A stretch of 64,000 nt of DNA from a virus (IMGVR_UViG_642791616_000001:32001-96000); one strand, 5' to 3'. Counted from the stretch's first letter, positions 17,156 to 27,288 are shown. The notes: generated by a model from the letters alone, not told the origin. Program-made: numbers and translations.

Positions 17156-18217
17156 ATGCATTCAGAACGACGGAAAGGTAAGCGCGTTAAGGCGGAAAGG
17201 ACGATTACTAAAACATCGCGCGGCAAAACGTATTCAATCTCGGTTATCTGCGAGAAAATATGCGAAGCAAAGCTCGCGGAAAATAGAGCACCGGAAACAA
17301 TCGACCGGTACCGGAGGGCATGTCGTTACCTATTAGAATACGCGCGCATGATCGGACTAGACGATGACATACGTGATATAGACGTCGACTTTGCACGCGG
17401 CTTTGTTGCGTATTTGTTGCACGAACGGGTTAAATTCGACGGCCACAAGTTCAAAAAAGACGAACACAAAACGCCCGGTATGTCGCCGAAGTCCGTAAAC
17501 GATTATATAAAAACACTACGGACCCTCTTTCGGTTTGCTCAACACGAAGGATCGGCACTACTAAACCCGTTTGATGATACGAAGCTAGTTAGCGATCCGG
17601 AAGAAATGGTAAACATACTATCTCCGGATGAATTACGAAGGCTTTTAAGTGCCCCGGATCAGCGGACGTTCGTAGGTTTCCGCGACTATGTAATCATGAC
17701 GTTTCTAGTCGATTCAATGGCCCGCATCGGCGAAATCTTATCATTAACGAAAGAAAACGTAGATTATGCGTCAAGTACCGTTTACTTCAGCGCATGGGAC
17801 GTTAAAACACGTCAAGGAAGATTCGTCCCTCTCGAAAGGAAAACGATGAACTTAATAAAAGAACTTCTTATAGAAAACGAAGACTTCGAAAGTCCCTTCG
17901 TATTCTTAAGTAACTACGGAGAACAATTAGAGACGAACCATTTTCGGAAACAATTAAATAGATACGCAGAACAAGTCGGTATTACTAAAAAGGTACACCC
18001 TCACTTATTCCGGCACACTGGCGCTACGATGTACTTAGAAAACGGCGGAGACATTCGGCACTTACAAGCGATGCTTGGCCATAGAGATATGCGTATGGTT
18101 AAACGGTACACTCACTTGTCTAAAAGCTCGCTGAAAGAACAACATTCAAAACATTCTCCGCTTGTTCAAATTACGGAAAAATTAAATAAGGAACGGAAGA
18201 CTTTTCGAAAACGATAG
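17156..18217 (+). CDS. Tyrosine integrase of prophage 2
   Basis: ARIGE, KTRQGR, HLFRH, LGH, RY motifs; adjacent to tRNA 3' end. Confidence 0.95.
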   Translation: MHSERRKGKRVKAERTITKTSRGKTYSISVICEKICEAKLAENRAPETIDRYRRACRYLLEYARMIGLDDDIRDIDVDFARGFVAYLLHERVKFDGHKFKKDEHKTPGMSPKSVNDYIKTLRTLFRFAQHEGSALLNPFDDTKLVSDPEEMVNILSPDELRRLLSAPDQRTFVGFRDYVIMTFLVDSMARIGEILSLTKENVDYASSTVYFSAWDVKTRQGRFVPLERKTMNLIKELLIENEDFESPFVFLSNYGEQLETNHFRKQLNRYAEQVGITKKVHPHLFRHTGATMYLENGGDIRHLQAMLGHRDMRMVKRYTHLSKSSLKEQHSKHSPLVQITEKLNKERKTFRKR

Positions 18218-18245
18218 GACGGCTTAGTTGCCGTCTTTTTTTTTT
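18218..18245 (+). terminator. Intrinsic terminator after integrase
   Basis: GACGGC-TTAGTT-GCCGTC plus T10. Confidence 0.85.
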
Positions 18246-18253
18246 GCGTCCAG

Positions 18254-19042
18254 TTATTCCGCTTCGATAAACGCCTCGAACGCCTCTAATTTACCACGCA
18301 TTTTACGGCGTTTTGCCTCGCTTGCTGCACGTTGGAACGAAATATACACGTAATCATCAAAACGGCTAATTTCGTTCAATTTCGCTTTGAGTATCGTTTT
18401 GTACCACGCATCTACGAACGGCTCCGGATCATGTTCGATCATTAACGCAGGATCTACGGAAGCCTTAGCACGCAATAACAATCCGTAATATTTATAGATT
18501 TCTGCTGCGTCAAAGAAGCGACTCATAGCGTTGTAGATTTCCGTTGGCAACGAGTTTTTCAGCGCTTCAGCCGGCACCGTAGCCGTATCTTTAACGTGCT
18601 TTTTATTTTTAAGATTAATAGAATCCGATGGTTCATTTTCGATTTTCGCCGTCTCAACCGTTGGTACATCGGCGTTTTCCGGCGCCTGGCGAGTGGTCAC
18701 TGTCGACTGGTCATTCGCGTCTAACGGTAAGATGACGATTATGTTTGCGCCCTTGCCCCCGTTGATTTTACGAGTCGTTGCGACCTTCTTGACGATGTTC
18801 AGCGCAGCCAGTTGATTAAGAACGCGGCGTGCCGTCTTGACGGATTTACCGATCAGGTCCGCTAGAGTTTCCGCTTTGAGATGCGCTGCGCCTGCGAATT
18901 TAACCGCATAACGTGCGATCTGTTTAAGTGCGGCCCGCGCCGTATCTGATAAGTCGTATGAGTTTCGTTTGATATGTTCGTAGACGGCCGTGTTTAGGGC
19001 CTGCGTCGATGAGAACGTTTGGTGTTCCGCTAAGTAATGCAT
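18254..19042 (-). CDS. Winged-HTH protein (replication-initiator-like)
   Basis: LKAETLADLIGKSVKTARRVLNQL...GGKGAN. Confidence 0.7.
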   Translation of the reverse strand: MHYLAEHQTFSSTQALNTAVYEHIKRNSYDLSDTARAALKQIARYAVKFAGAAHLKAETLADLIGKSVKTARRVLNQLAALNIVKKVATTRKINGGKGANIIVILPLDANDQSTVTTRQAPENADVPTVETAKIENEPSDSINLKNKKHVKDTATVPAEALKNSLPTEIYNAMSRFFDAAEIYKYYGLLLRAKASVDPALMIEHDPEPFVDAWYKTILKAKLNEISRFDDYVYISFQRAASEAKRRKMRGKLEAFEAFIEAE

Positions 19043-19054
19043 GTCGATCCCTCC

Positions 19055-19143
19055 ATATCGCTATATCGTTATTTTAATATTAACGAAATAAATATCGATA
19101 TGTCAATATTTTTATTTACACGATAGCGATATTCCGATATACT
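19055..19143. promoter_or_regulatory. Divergent promoters with ATATCG/CGATAT operator repeats
   Basis: Plus TTTACA-17-TATACT (19115-19143); minus TTGACA at 19101-19106; repeated ATATCG half-sites. Confidence 0.7.
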
Positions 19144-19169
19144 CAACTTATAGAAACGGAGGTAATTCG

Positions 19170-19373
19170 ATGGAGTTATACGTAAAGTTAGACGATCTTC
19201 TCGCAGAAATCGGCATGACTAAAAAGGAACTCGCGGAAAAAGCAGGATTACGCCCGAACGTTATCAGTGAATTATCACAACAACAAAGAACGACGGTTAA
19301 TCGATCGCACATCGGAAAGATATGCGAAGTTTTAGAGATACGCGATATGAATAAATTGTTTGAGGTACGATGA
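19170..19373 (+). CDS. Small XRE/HTH_26 regulator
   Basis: GMTKKELAEKAGLRPNVISEL. Confidence 0.85.
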   Translation: MELYVKLDDLLAEIGMTKKELAEKAGLRPNVISELSQQQRTTVNRSHIGKICEVLEIRDMNKLFEVR

Positions 19374-19397
19374 ACTTAAATCTAAGGAGGAAAAAAC

Positions 19398-19646
19398 ATG
19401 GAGGAAAAGACTGTAAGTAAACGTTATTTTAGGGAACTATCTGAAATTAAAAATAAACTCAACGACTTGAAAAATGAACGAATTTACGAATTATCCAAGA
19501 CCAAAAATGACGGATATTTACGCACTAATATAGAACAATTAGAAAAACTACTCGAGAAGCTGTTCTTCAAAATTGATAACGACGCCCCTTCCGTCGATGA
19601 AGAATTGCGAGAAGCAGTGAATAGCGCGTATAAAAGTAACGATTGA
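19398..19646 (+). CDS. Hypothetical helical protein
   Basis: 82 aa, AAGGAGG RBS. Confidence 0.75.
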   Translation: MEEKTVSKRYFRELSEIKNKLNDLKNERIYELSKTKNDGYLRTNIEQLEKLLEKLFFKIDNDAPSVDEELREAVNSAYKSND

Positions 19647-19650
19647 TAAA

Positions 19651-19664
19651 CGAACACACATTCG
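19651..19664. promoter_or_regulatory. LexA/DinR box overlapping yolD-like promoter
   Basis: CGAACACACATTCG (one mismatch to CGAACRNRYGTTCG) just before TATAAT. Confidence 0.7.
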
Positions 19665-19682
19665 GTTATAATTTAACCGGAG

Positions 19683-20036
19683 GTGTCGCCGATGTGGAAT
19701 GAGGAAAAAGATCAAAATCGCTGGCAGATGAAGTTCATATTGCCGGAACATAACGAGGCTTTGCGTCAATTACATCTCGCGAAGCAGAAAATAGATCGAC
19801 CGGTATTAAGTGAGGAGCAGGTCGGCGAATTTGAGTACGTTATATCTTCGGCGGTGAGCGAAGACCTGCCGCTAGACTTCGAAGTGTACGATGACGGCTT
19901 TGTTCGCGAAGTAAGTGGCCGCGTTGTATACGTGGACCATCTACGGAAGGAATTTCGTGTGAAGGATAATCGAGGCGATACTAATTTCGTTAAGTTTGCG
20001 GATCTGATAAACGTAAAAAACACCCCATCCGGTTAG
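19683..20036 (+). CDS. YolD-like protein
   Basis: W..FILPEH...L...RPVLSEEQ pattern; SOS box upstream. Confidence 0.85.
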   Translation: MSPMWNEEKDQNRWQMKFILPEHNEALRQLHLAKQKIDRPVLSEEQVGEFEYVISSAVSEDLPLDFEVYDDGFVREVSGRVVYVDHLRKEFRVKDNRGDTNFVKFADLINVKNTPSG

Positions 20037-20051
20037 GGACGGGGCTTTTCG

Positions 20052-20603
20052 TTATTGATTAAATGTATATTCGCGCGTAAATGAAGACGTGTCAGAAACG
20101 TCCTTACCGGACATTTCGTAAATTTCCCACGATAAATTAACGCTAGTAACTTCGTTTGGTGACGTATTCGACATAGGCCATGCGTAAAAGAAGTCGAGCC
20201 TATCGCCTTTGTTCTTCAGCTTAGGCGTACCTTCTTCCGATACTTTGATTAATTCTTCCGGACCGAGTTCTTCACCTGTGTTTAACTTAATCGTTTCGGA
20301 TGCCGGAAAGGCTTCGAAGGAAGAATGGCCGATATTTTCGATCGAACCTTTTATTGCGATATGGGCGCTTGACGGCGAAATAAGAATTCGATCAACTTTT
20401 ATATTCAGCCCGTCGATATTATCCTCGTCATTAATTTCCGAACTATAGGCCCACAGATCGCTGTCCTCACGTAAGTTTTCATTTGCGTTGGTTTCTTCCG
20501 CTTGGACCTCTTCGTCTTTACTACTCGGCTGAGTATTCGACGAACACCCCGCAACTATCAGCAAGGCTATTACTATAGAAAAAAGTAGTCTAACACGCTT
20601 CAT
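20052..20603 (-). CDS. Lipoprotein (moron between lysis genes and att)
   Basis: Lipobox VAGC. Confidence 0.8.
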   Translation of the reverse strand: MKRVRLLFSIVIALLIVAGCSSNTQPSSKDEEVQAEETNANENLREDSDLWAYSSEINDEDNIDGLNIKVDRILISPSSAHIAIKGSIENIGHSSFEAFPASETIKLNTGEELGPEELIKVSEEGTPKLKNKGDRLDFFYAWPMSNTSPNEVTSVNLSWEIYEMSGKDVSDTSSFTREYTFNQ

Positions 20604-20695
20604 TTAACCACGACCTTTTTCTTTTAATTATACGTTATTGTTATGTAGAACGGCTACCTACGTTTTTATACGTAAGCAACCGCCGAAAGTTCCTC

Positions 20696-20935
20696 TTATT
20701 TCTTGCCGACCTCATCTAACGCTTTTCTTTCGCGCGCTTTCTTGGATACATCGTTATCTTTCCAGTACGCCAAAAGCGAAGTCGCCCCGAGGAACAACAG
20801 CGCAATAAAATCGGACACCGCCGCCTCGTCTACCGGAATCGTCTGCACGCCAAACATCGTTAGCCCGCTATTTACGAGAGCCAACGCAAGTAAAATAAAT
20901 CGAGTCACCGTTCCTGCGCTAATATTCTTCTTCAT
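20696..20935 (-). CDS. SPP1-family holin
   Basis: ISAGTVTRFILLALALVN...YWKDNDVS. Confidence 0.9.
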   Translation of the reverse strand: MKKNISAGTVTRFILLALALVNSGLTMFGVQTIPVDEAAVSDFIALLFLGATSLLAYWKDNDVSKKARERKALDEVGKK

Positions 20936-21771
20936 ACGCTATACCCCGCTTTCTTTAGTGCCGCCACTAATTTGGCGCGTGTTGCGGACCCGTAAATACC
21001 GTCGTTTGCGATGCCTGCCTGCGTCGACTGGAATCGCTTGACTGCGTTAGCCGTTTTCGGACCGTAGATGCCGTCGATGCCGTTATTCTTCGCCCCTTTG
21101 TCCGGGTAGAAATATACGGCTGCCAATGCGTTCTGAAGTTGCGTAACTGCCGTGCCGCGAGCACCTTGACGGATCACGCCGGTCGGTACCGCTAATTTTT
21201 TGGACGGCGCTTTTGGTTTAGTCGCTTTCACCGGCTTAGTCGCTGTGCCCGTTTTTGCAGGCGCTTTGGTTCCGTTTAGTGCTGCGAGCTCTTTCGCAAT
21301 AGCCGATTTAACTGCGCCCCAACGACCTTCATCGAGCACACGATGCGGGCAGTGTTTTCCGCTCCAATCTTCGTGCTTTTTGACGCGATCGACGCCCCAT
21401 CCGTGTTCTTTTAGAAGCTGCGCAATGAATTTAATCGCCAATGCTTCTGCCTTTTTATAGCGCTCGCCTCCGGATTTTGAATAGCACACCTCAACGCCGA
21501 TTGACGTTCTGTTTCCGCTGTTTGGTCCGGAGCCATCTCCGCAGTGCCAAGCGTTTCTATTTACCGGTATCCCCTGACGAACCTCTACGTCATCTACTGC
21601 GAAGTGGTACGATACCTGATTGTTATTTCCGTTCATATACGAGATTTCATTTTTAGCTGGCGCATCGTTAGCTGTGTTATGGAACGTGATGTATTTCGCG
21701 TCCATCGCATTCGGACATTTAATTCCGTACTTACTCGGAGATACAAGATCCTGCGTCACTTTAATCGTCAT
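20932..21771 (-). CDS. Endolysin: Amidase_2 plus peptidoglycan-binding domain (XlyA/CwlA-like)
   Basis: HNTAND, SYHFAVDD, AWHCGDG, SIGVEVC, KHCPH; DGIYG repeats. Confidence 0.95.
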   Translation of the reverse strand: MTIKVTQDLVSPSKYGIKCPNAMDAKYITFHNTANDAPAKNEISYMNGNNNQVSYHFAVDDVEVRQGIPVNRNAWHCGDGSGPNSGNRTSIGVEVCYSKSGGERYKKAEALAIKFIAQLLKEHGWGVDRVKKHEDWSGKHCPHRVLDEGRWGAVKSAIAKELAALNGTKAPAKTGTATKPVKATKPKAPSKKLAVPTGVIRQGARGTAVTQLQNALAAVYFYPDKGAKNNGIDGIYGPKTANAVKRFQSTQAGIANDGIYGSATRAKLVAALKKAGYSV

Positions 21772-21792
21772 ACAATCGTCTCCCTTTTCGTT

Positions 21793-22059
21793 TTATTTAA
21801 AAAGCGCGAGACCTAGCGATAGCAACAAACCCACTACCGTAAGCATCACGCCCCAAACCCACTTCGTATTTGCGCGCATGTCTAAAATGTCTGCGCGGTT
21901 TTCTTTTGCGAGTGCCAACGCTTCATCCGCTTTCTCGTCCGCTTGGTCTGCTTTTGTTTTAACATCGTTGAAAAAGTCGACCTTAGTATCGATACGAACG
22001 AGCCACTCGCGAATGTCCGAAATCTTTTCGTTTAATTCGGTATTGCTCGGCTCCGCCAT
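21793..22059 (-). CDS. XhlA-like membrane lysis protein
   Basis: Coiled coil plus C-terminal TM beginning KWVW; lysis cassette. Confidence 0.75.
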   Translation of the reverse strand: MAEPSNTELNEKISDIREWLVRIDTKVDFFNDVKTKADQADEKADEALALAKENRADILDMRANTKWVWGVMLTVVGLLLSLGLALFK

Positions 22060-22089
22060 ACATACGTCTCTCCTTCCAAAATAAAAAGC

Positions 22090-22251
22090 CTACGACTCTT
22101 CGGCCGGCGGCTTATCAGCTTCGTATTTATCTCCCGTAATTTCTTCGTATTGTTCCGGCGTGATCTTTTTCATAACGACCGCGGCTGCGACTTGCTCCTT
22201 CGTCCAATCCCCGTCCCCGTAAAACTTCTTGATGATCGAGAACCAGTTCAT
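22090..22251 (-). CDS. XkdX-family protein (53 aa, below ORF-track cutoff)
   Basis: MNWFSIIKKFYGDGDWTKEQVAAAVVMKKITPEQYEEITG. Confidence 0.9.
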   Translation of the reverse strand: MNWFSIIKKFYGDGDWTKEQVAAAVVMKKITPEQYEEITGDKYEADKPPAEES

Positions 22252-22538
22252 TAAATCACTCCCTTCATCATTAATGTGAAAACCAATTCCGCCTGCTGTT
22301 GACGTACAAGTTCGAGTTCAGACGGAGCCGCTTCCGGAAAGAGACTGTCGATATATTCCTGAGTAGCCCCTTCGAACCACTCTTCTTTATCCGGATTAAA
22401 CGTCGCGATAAACAAACCATCCTGCGGCTTAGCTGACGTGAAGCCCTCCGGTACCTCTTCGCCATTCTCAACGTCGACGAGTATTTCTTCGGCTGGTTGC
22501 CACACGTAATTTTCATCGTATTTATATACGCGTATCAT
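22251..22538 (-). CDS. Tail-fibre chaperone-like protein
   Basis: Precedes XkdX; PSELELVRQQQAELVFTLM C-terminus. Confidence 0.65.
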   Translation of the reverse strand: MIRVYKYDENYVWQPAEEILVDVENGEEVPEGFTSAKPQDGLFIATFNPDKEEWFEGATQEYIDSLFPEAAPSELELVRQQQAELVFTLMMKGVI

Positions 22539-22549
22539 TAAAGCACCTC

Positions 22550-23989
22550 CTATACTTTCGCCGCCCTAAAACGGAAGCCAAACGTGATAAATTCGTTCGG
22601 ATTAGCCGTATTAGAGCACGATTGAATACAAACCTTTCCGTCTGTTCCGATATACGTACGGTGGTATTGCGGAACATTCGTCGTTCCCACACTCGAAGCC
22701 ACTCCGATAAAATGCATTGATTGAATCGGAAAGTAATCGGGTAGCAACGTGAATGCGGCGACGTTATTACCGAGTGCCCCGCCTGCAATTGAGCCGACGA
22801 TTTCAACAACACCGAACGCGTCCTTCGTGTAGCGTACCGTGTGAGGAAATCCGTCCGGCGATACGTATTGCTTCCACCCGTTACCTAAAGACGGCGTTTC
22901 CCAAGTTGGGGTAGCATCTGCATCCGTTAGTATCCGACGCCATCCGCTCCATACGTTATTATTGAGATAATTCGTATAAACGTTATTGAAGTAATCTGTC
23001 GCGTACACCCATCCGAATGTTCCTTTACCATTTGTAGCATCGGTCATGTGGTAAAATCCCCTAAATGATCGGGTATTCGGTAAGTCGCGCGACCGGGCGA
23101 TTGCGTAAAACGTGCCCTGCCCCAATCCGTTGTTGATTATGGACTCTAAAATGCTTCCGGATGTGTCTTTTAACGATATTAAGGGCAGGCCAGTATCTTC
23201 AGTGATTTTGCGCTGTTGAAAGTTAGCCATAAGATCCTTCGCCGTCTGCAATGCCTCGTCTACTTTTTGCTGCGCCCCCGACGTAGTTTCCTTCGAGTTC
23301 CATGTCGAGCGCTCTTCGTTAGTCACGTGCTTTATAGCATCGTTTGCGTGGGCGGTTACTTTTGCTTGCGCGCCGGCCGTCGTCTCCTTGGCGTCCCATT
23401 CCGCTTTCTTCTTCGCAGTGACATGGACATCCGAATTATTTGCGTGATCATCTACTTTTTCTTGCGCTCCAACCTTCGTTTCAACGTTGTCTAAATCTTC
23501 GAATTTTGCTTCGATTTCGGCGACGGTTGCTACTACATCGTCATAAAGATCGTTAATTTGACCCCGCAGCGTTTCAAAGTCATCGATGTAATATTCCGCA
23601 ACGGGTACGATATTTTGATCGATAAGTGACTGCTCGATGCTGAATCCGAATTTATGAATGGATAGCGCTTGGCCGTTCGTGTAATAAAGAATCAATTCGG
23701 CTTTTACGTTTCCATAATGACGAATTTCATCCGCCGATAAAACGTACTCGGCCAGTCCTTCTGGCTTATTTACTAGTGTGATTGCTCGTATAAAACGGCT
23801 TCCATCCGCCATCGAAAGGACTAATTTACCTACGACCGCCGATAACGGTAAAGGAACGCCATCTTTCGTGAGCTTAAAGGATAGACGCGCCGTTTTTATA
23901 TCTTGCGTGCTGAATTGTATGGCGGCATTGATAGGCCGCTTTGTTTGCGCATTGACGTCGAATGACAAAGCGCCATCTTTTGCTAACAT
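22550..23989 (-). CDS. BppU-family baseplate upper / tail-fibre protein
   Basis: FSTQDIKTARLSFKLTKDG N-domain; three ET..GAQ.KV repeats; WSGW; C-terminal receptor-binding-like domain. Confidence 0.88.
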   Translation of the reverse strand: MLAKDGALSFDVNAQTKRPINAAIQFSTQDIKTARLSFKLTKDGVPLPLSAVVGKLVLSMADGSRFIRAITLVNKPEGLAEYVLSADEIRHYGNVKAELILYYTNGQALSIHKFGFSIEQSLIDQNIVPVAEYYIDDFETLRGQINDLYDDVVATVAEIEAKFEDLDNVETKVGAQEKVDDHANNSDVHVTAKKKAEWDAKETTAGAQAKVTAHANDAIKHVTNEERSTWNSKETTSGAQQKVDEALQTAKDLMANFQQRKITEDTGLPLISLKDTSGSILESIINNGLGQGTFYAIARSRDLPNTRSFRGFYHMTDATNGKGTFGWVYATDYFNNVYTNYLNNNVWSGWRRILTDADATPTWETPSLGNGWKQYVSPDGFPHTVRYTKDAFGVVEIVGSIAGGALGNNVAAFTLLPDYFPIQSMHFIGVASSVGTTNVPQYHRTYIGTDGKVCIQSCSNTANPNEFITFGFRFRAAKV

Positions 23990-24003
23990 CCGTTTTCCTC
24001 CCT

Positions 24004-25884
24004 TTAAATAACGTTCGCAGTCGAAGTGATTGGGTCGACGCTGTTGTCGTTATAGCTGTCGTCAAAGCCCGCACCTTTAACGTAATTTCCGTACGATGAA
24101 ATTTGCGAGCATGTATTCGTCAGATAAATACCATGACGCATTCCTAGTCCGGTAATGTCGTTGAACGCGCACATAGACCGCGCAACGCCGGATAAGAAAA
24201 TGATCCCGTCATAACCGTCGCTTTCGGTTGCTCGCGTTCCGACATCTACAAGCGTATTAAAAAAGACGCGTACTCTCCGTGAGTCCCCCGATACGGAGAT
24301 TCCGGAAAAGCCGACGTCCTTTAACACATTATTCGCGACAGTAACGTTATTACAGCGCCCTTCCTCGATACGGATTCCGTTTCCCTTGACGCCCCGCAAA
24401 GTATTAGCCGTTGCAGAACCGTAAGTGCTTCGGGTTATCAGAATGCCGTGGTGACCTACGTTGTCGACTACGTTATTTGCAATCGTATAGTTGTAAACGT
24501 CGGAGATGTGTATTCCGTGGCGCGCAACAACACCATCTATTACGTTGCCGGAAATAACTACGTCGTCGATCGTCTGATAGTCTTTACGACCGTATACCTG
24601 AATCGCATGATTCTTCGTAATGTTGGTGATCGTGTTTTCTGTGATAACGTGGTGCTTCGTTTTATTGACGCGCCCCGTAGGATTTCCGTTTGCATCCTGC
24701 GTGTATTGCGTCGTGACTCTCGGAAGAAGAATACGAATACCGGAAGCGCAGTTGTTTATCTTGTTGCCGCTAATTCTCGTGTCGTACCATTTGTTGCCGC
24801 TGATTGCGTACTCTGTCGTGTCCTCAATGACGTTATCTAGGATTCGGATGACCGAATACCAAACACCGTCCGTACTCGTATGAGAATCGACGGCACGCGC
24901 CCAGCCGCCTAGCTTGCTTGAACGGCCGAAATAGTTGCCACGAATGACGATATTCCGTGTGACAGTTTGATCGTACGAACCGAACGCGCCGAAGTTTGCT
25001 GATGAACGCATTAAGTCGATCTGAATGGCCGCCGAGAACCATCGATCGCCTACGTAGTCAGCGTATCCCTTAAACTTAACGTTCTCGATCAAGACGTTCT
25101 GATTTCCAGCGCAGTCAAATGCGTGCCCTCCGCATACATCTAGTACGGTAATATCCCGGATGATAATTCCGTCAGCGTGCGCAAATCCAAACACGGAACA
25201 TTGTTGTTTGATTACTGCGCCGTTGCTGTCGAAGGTGCCTCCGCCTTCAATCACGATATTTCCGTGCCCGTTATAGCCGCTGAAATTATCCGTTTCAAGT
25301 CCGTTGACTAGCATTGAACCGACGAAGTTTCTTTTGATAACTGCACCGCCCTGAACGATTAGTCGCGTGTTTCTGAAAATCCGAAGCGTTCGCGTTTGCG
25401 TATAGTTCCCAGGCGGAACCACAAGCGTAATGGGCGTTGACTTCGACAGGTCCAGCGCCGCTTGCATCGCGTCATCGAAGTTTCCGTATTTCTCTAAGTA
25501 CGGACGCAACGAAACAAATACCGCCATATCTTCGATCTTTTTCATCAGCTTCGCGAAGTCATAGTCGAATCTGTCTTTCGCCGTCGGATGCGTAGATGCA
25601 TCGAGTGCTACCCGCAGATCGACGACTTCTTTGACGTCTTCACCGTCGTGGTTAACGACTAGATTCGCAAAGCGAGCGTTTAAGTTATCTAGGCGATTAG
25701 CAGCCGTAAAAAGCCCGTGCTGAATTTGCTCGGACTTGTGTGCGGGCGATGCGTTTTTATGGGCATTTAGCTCGGCGGCCGCTTTCGTAAAGCCTTGCTC
25801 GATACTATCGAAGTTATCGTTCAAGTTATTACGAGCAATGCGGTCCCACGCCGACGCGATCCGCTTTAAAAATACGTTAGCCAT
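24004..25884 (-). CDS. Tail spike with right-handed beta-helix (pectate-lyase-like depolymerase)
   Basis: EVVDLR anchor, VPPGNY, many I..N.I repeats. Confidence 0.88.
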   Translation of the reverse strand: MANVFLKRIASAWDRIARNNLNDNFDSIEQGFTKAAAELNAHKNASPAHKSEQIQHGLFTAANRLDNLNARFANLVVNHDGEDVKEVVDLRVALDASTHPTAKDRFDYDFAKLMKKIEDMAVFVSLRPYLEKYGNFDDAMQAALDLSKSTPITLVVPPGNYTQTRTLRIFRNTRLIVQGGAVIKRNFVGSMLVNGLETDNFSGYNGHGNIVIEGGGTFDSNGAVIKQQCSVFGFAHADGIIIRDITVLDVCGGHAFDCAGNQNVLIENVKFKGYADYVGDRWFSAAIQIDLMRSSANFGAFGSYDQTVTRNIVIRGNYFGRSSKLGGWARAVDSHTSTDGVWYSVIRILDNVIEDTTEYAISGNKWYDTRISGNKINNCASGIRILLPRVTTQYTQDANGNPTGRVNKTKHHVITENTITNITKNHAIQVYGRKDYQTIDDVVISGNVIDGVVARHGIHISDVYNYTIANNVVDNVGHHGILITRSTYGSATANTLRGVKGNGIRIEEGRCNNVTVANNVLKDVGFSGISVSGDSRRVRVFFNTLVDVGTRATESDGYDGIIFLSGVARSMCAFNDITGLGMRHGIYLTNTCSQISSYGNYVKGAGFDDSYNDNSVDPITSTANVI

Positions 25885-25896
25885 TTAGTTCCTCCT

Positions 25897-27288
25897 TTAT
25901 TTTGATTCTAGCGCGACCACTCTCGCAGTAAGCGCCGATAAATCCGATACAAGTTTATTAAGGTCCACGTTTGCTCCGGAAGAACTGACGATGATCTTCG
26001 ATAGTTTTATAAAATCAGATGACGATATTAATCCGGCTTTAGATGAACTTGCCATGTCTACTTGCGGTTTGCCATCCGGACCGACTACGATACTTTGTAG
26101 CTTCTGAAAGTCGTTTGACGTCATCAATCCATTGGAAACCGCCGTCGCCGGTCCGTATTTCGGAATAGTTGTCGGGTCATAACCGTCGTCAAAGTTCGCA
26201 TCGCTTCCGATACGTATTCCGGAACCTACCGATGTCCCTTTTACTTTTCCGGACGCATCAATCAACTTGGATACGCGCTTCTCAGTCTTCCGAAAGTTTT
26301 TCATGTCCGTTTTAATATCGCGTTTCAGCTTTCCGAATGTGTAAACTGGGGACTTATTCGGATCTGAATAGCGTTCAACTCCGACAACTTTGATCCGCTT
26401 GTTGATTCCGAACGGATCGATCATGCACCATACGTAGTCGCCTTTGCGGATGTCTTGGACGCCGAAATGTCGTAGCTCCGTATACGTCAGCGTCAAAGAT
26501 AGCTCGATCGTATCCGTTAGTTCTTCTTGCAATCGAAGCTCTAGTTCATCTGCGTTTTTATCGGTGTAAGCATCATCGCGAATAGGTGCGGCGTGCTTGA
26601 TTCCGTAGATTTCCGCAAGTGGACTCGTGTACTCAAGTTCAACCGCGTACGCCTTCGTCTTGTCGTTCTGTTTGCCGTATCCTCGGATGTACGTCTTTAA
26701 CGAACTCGTATCGATCTCAACGGATTCGTCGCGGGCATTGAACTTATGCCGAATCTGATAATCGGTGTCGCGAGCCAATTCCTTCGCAATGACTACCTTT
26801 TTCCCCTCGATGGTATATTCCGCTTTGTATTTATCGAGTATATCTCGCAATAAATCGTTAGAGAATCCATCGCCGAAATCTTCGAGTTCAAACGTCGCGT
26901 CTAGGCCTTCCGGTGAGATGTCGGATGAGTAGCCCGATCCTTCGAGGGCGATCGCAACCATGTCGTCTACGGTCATCTTCTTTTTCTTTCCGGACTTACT
27001 ATAAACATAGTTATCCGCTAGATCGATCAACGGTTTATAGACGCCGGATGCTTCGATCTTTATCGTTTTATTTGCCGTGACTGGACGCGTCTTCTTGATG
27101 ACGTATTCCTCTCCGTCGCAAACGAAGATGTTTTCGTTCTCGATCAACCCGAATGAGTGATCGTTGTTTCTCGTACTCAAAACCGACACGTCAAGCGATT
27201 TCTCATTCTCAGCCGTTTCTCGTACCGTACAGTCGTAGTCAGTAAGCGCCTCGACTTCGCCTCTTACCGTTTTTATAAGTAGCTCCAT
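25897..27288 (-). CDS. Tal / prophage tail endopeptidase-family protein
   Basis: IDTSSLKTYIRGYGK, YTSPLAEIYGIKHAAPI. Confidence 0.88.
   Translation of the reverse strand: MELLIKTVRGEVEALTDYDCTVRETAENEKSLDVSVLSTRNNDHSFGLIENENIFVCDGEEYVIKKTRPVTANKTIKIEASGVYKPLIDLADNYVYSKSGKKKKMTVDDMVAIALEGSGYSSDISPEGLDATFELEDFGDGFSNDLLRDILDKYKAEYTIEGKKVVIAKELARDTDYQIRHKFNARDESVEIDTSSLKTYIRGYGKQNDKTKAYAVELEYTSPLAEIYGIKHAAPIRDDAYTDKNADELELRLQEELTDTIELSLTLTYTELRHFGVQDIRKGDYVWCMIDPFGINKRIKVVGVERYSDPNKSPVYTFGKLKRDIKTDMKNFRKTEKRVSKLIDASGKVKGTSVGSGIRIGSDANFDDGYDPTTIPKYGPATAVSNGLMTSNDFQKLQSIVVGPDGKPQVDMASSSKAGLISSSDFIKLSKIIVSSSGANVDLNKLVSDLSALTARVVALESK

Noticed and set aside
23230-23500. Repeats in the BppU gene as an invertible or hypervariable tail cassette
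   Set aside because: They are degenerate protein-level structural repeats; no inverted recombination sites or alternative cassettes seen.
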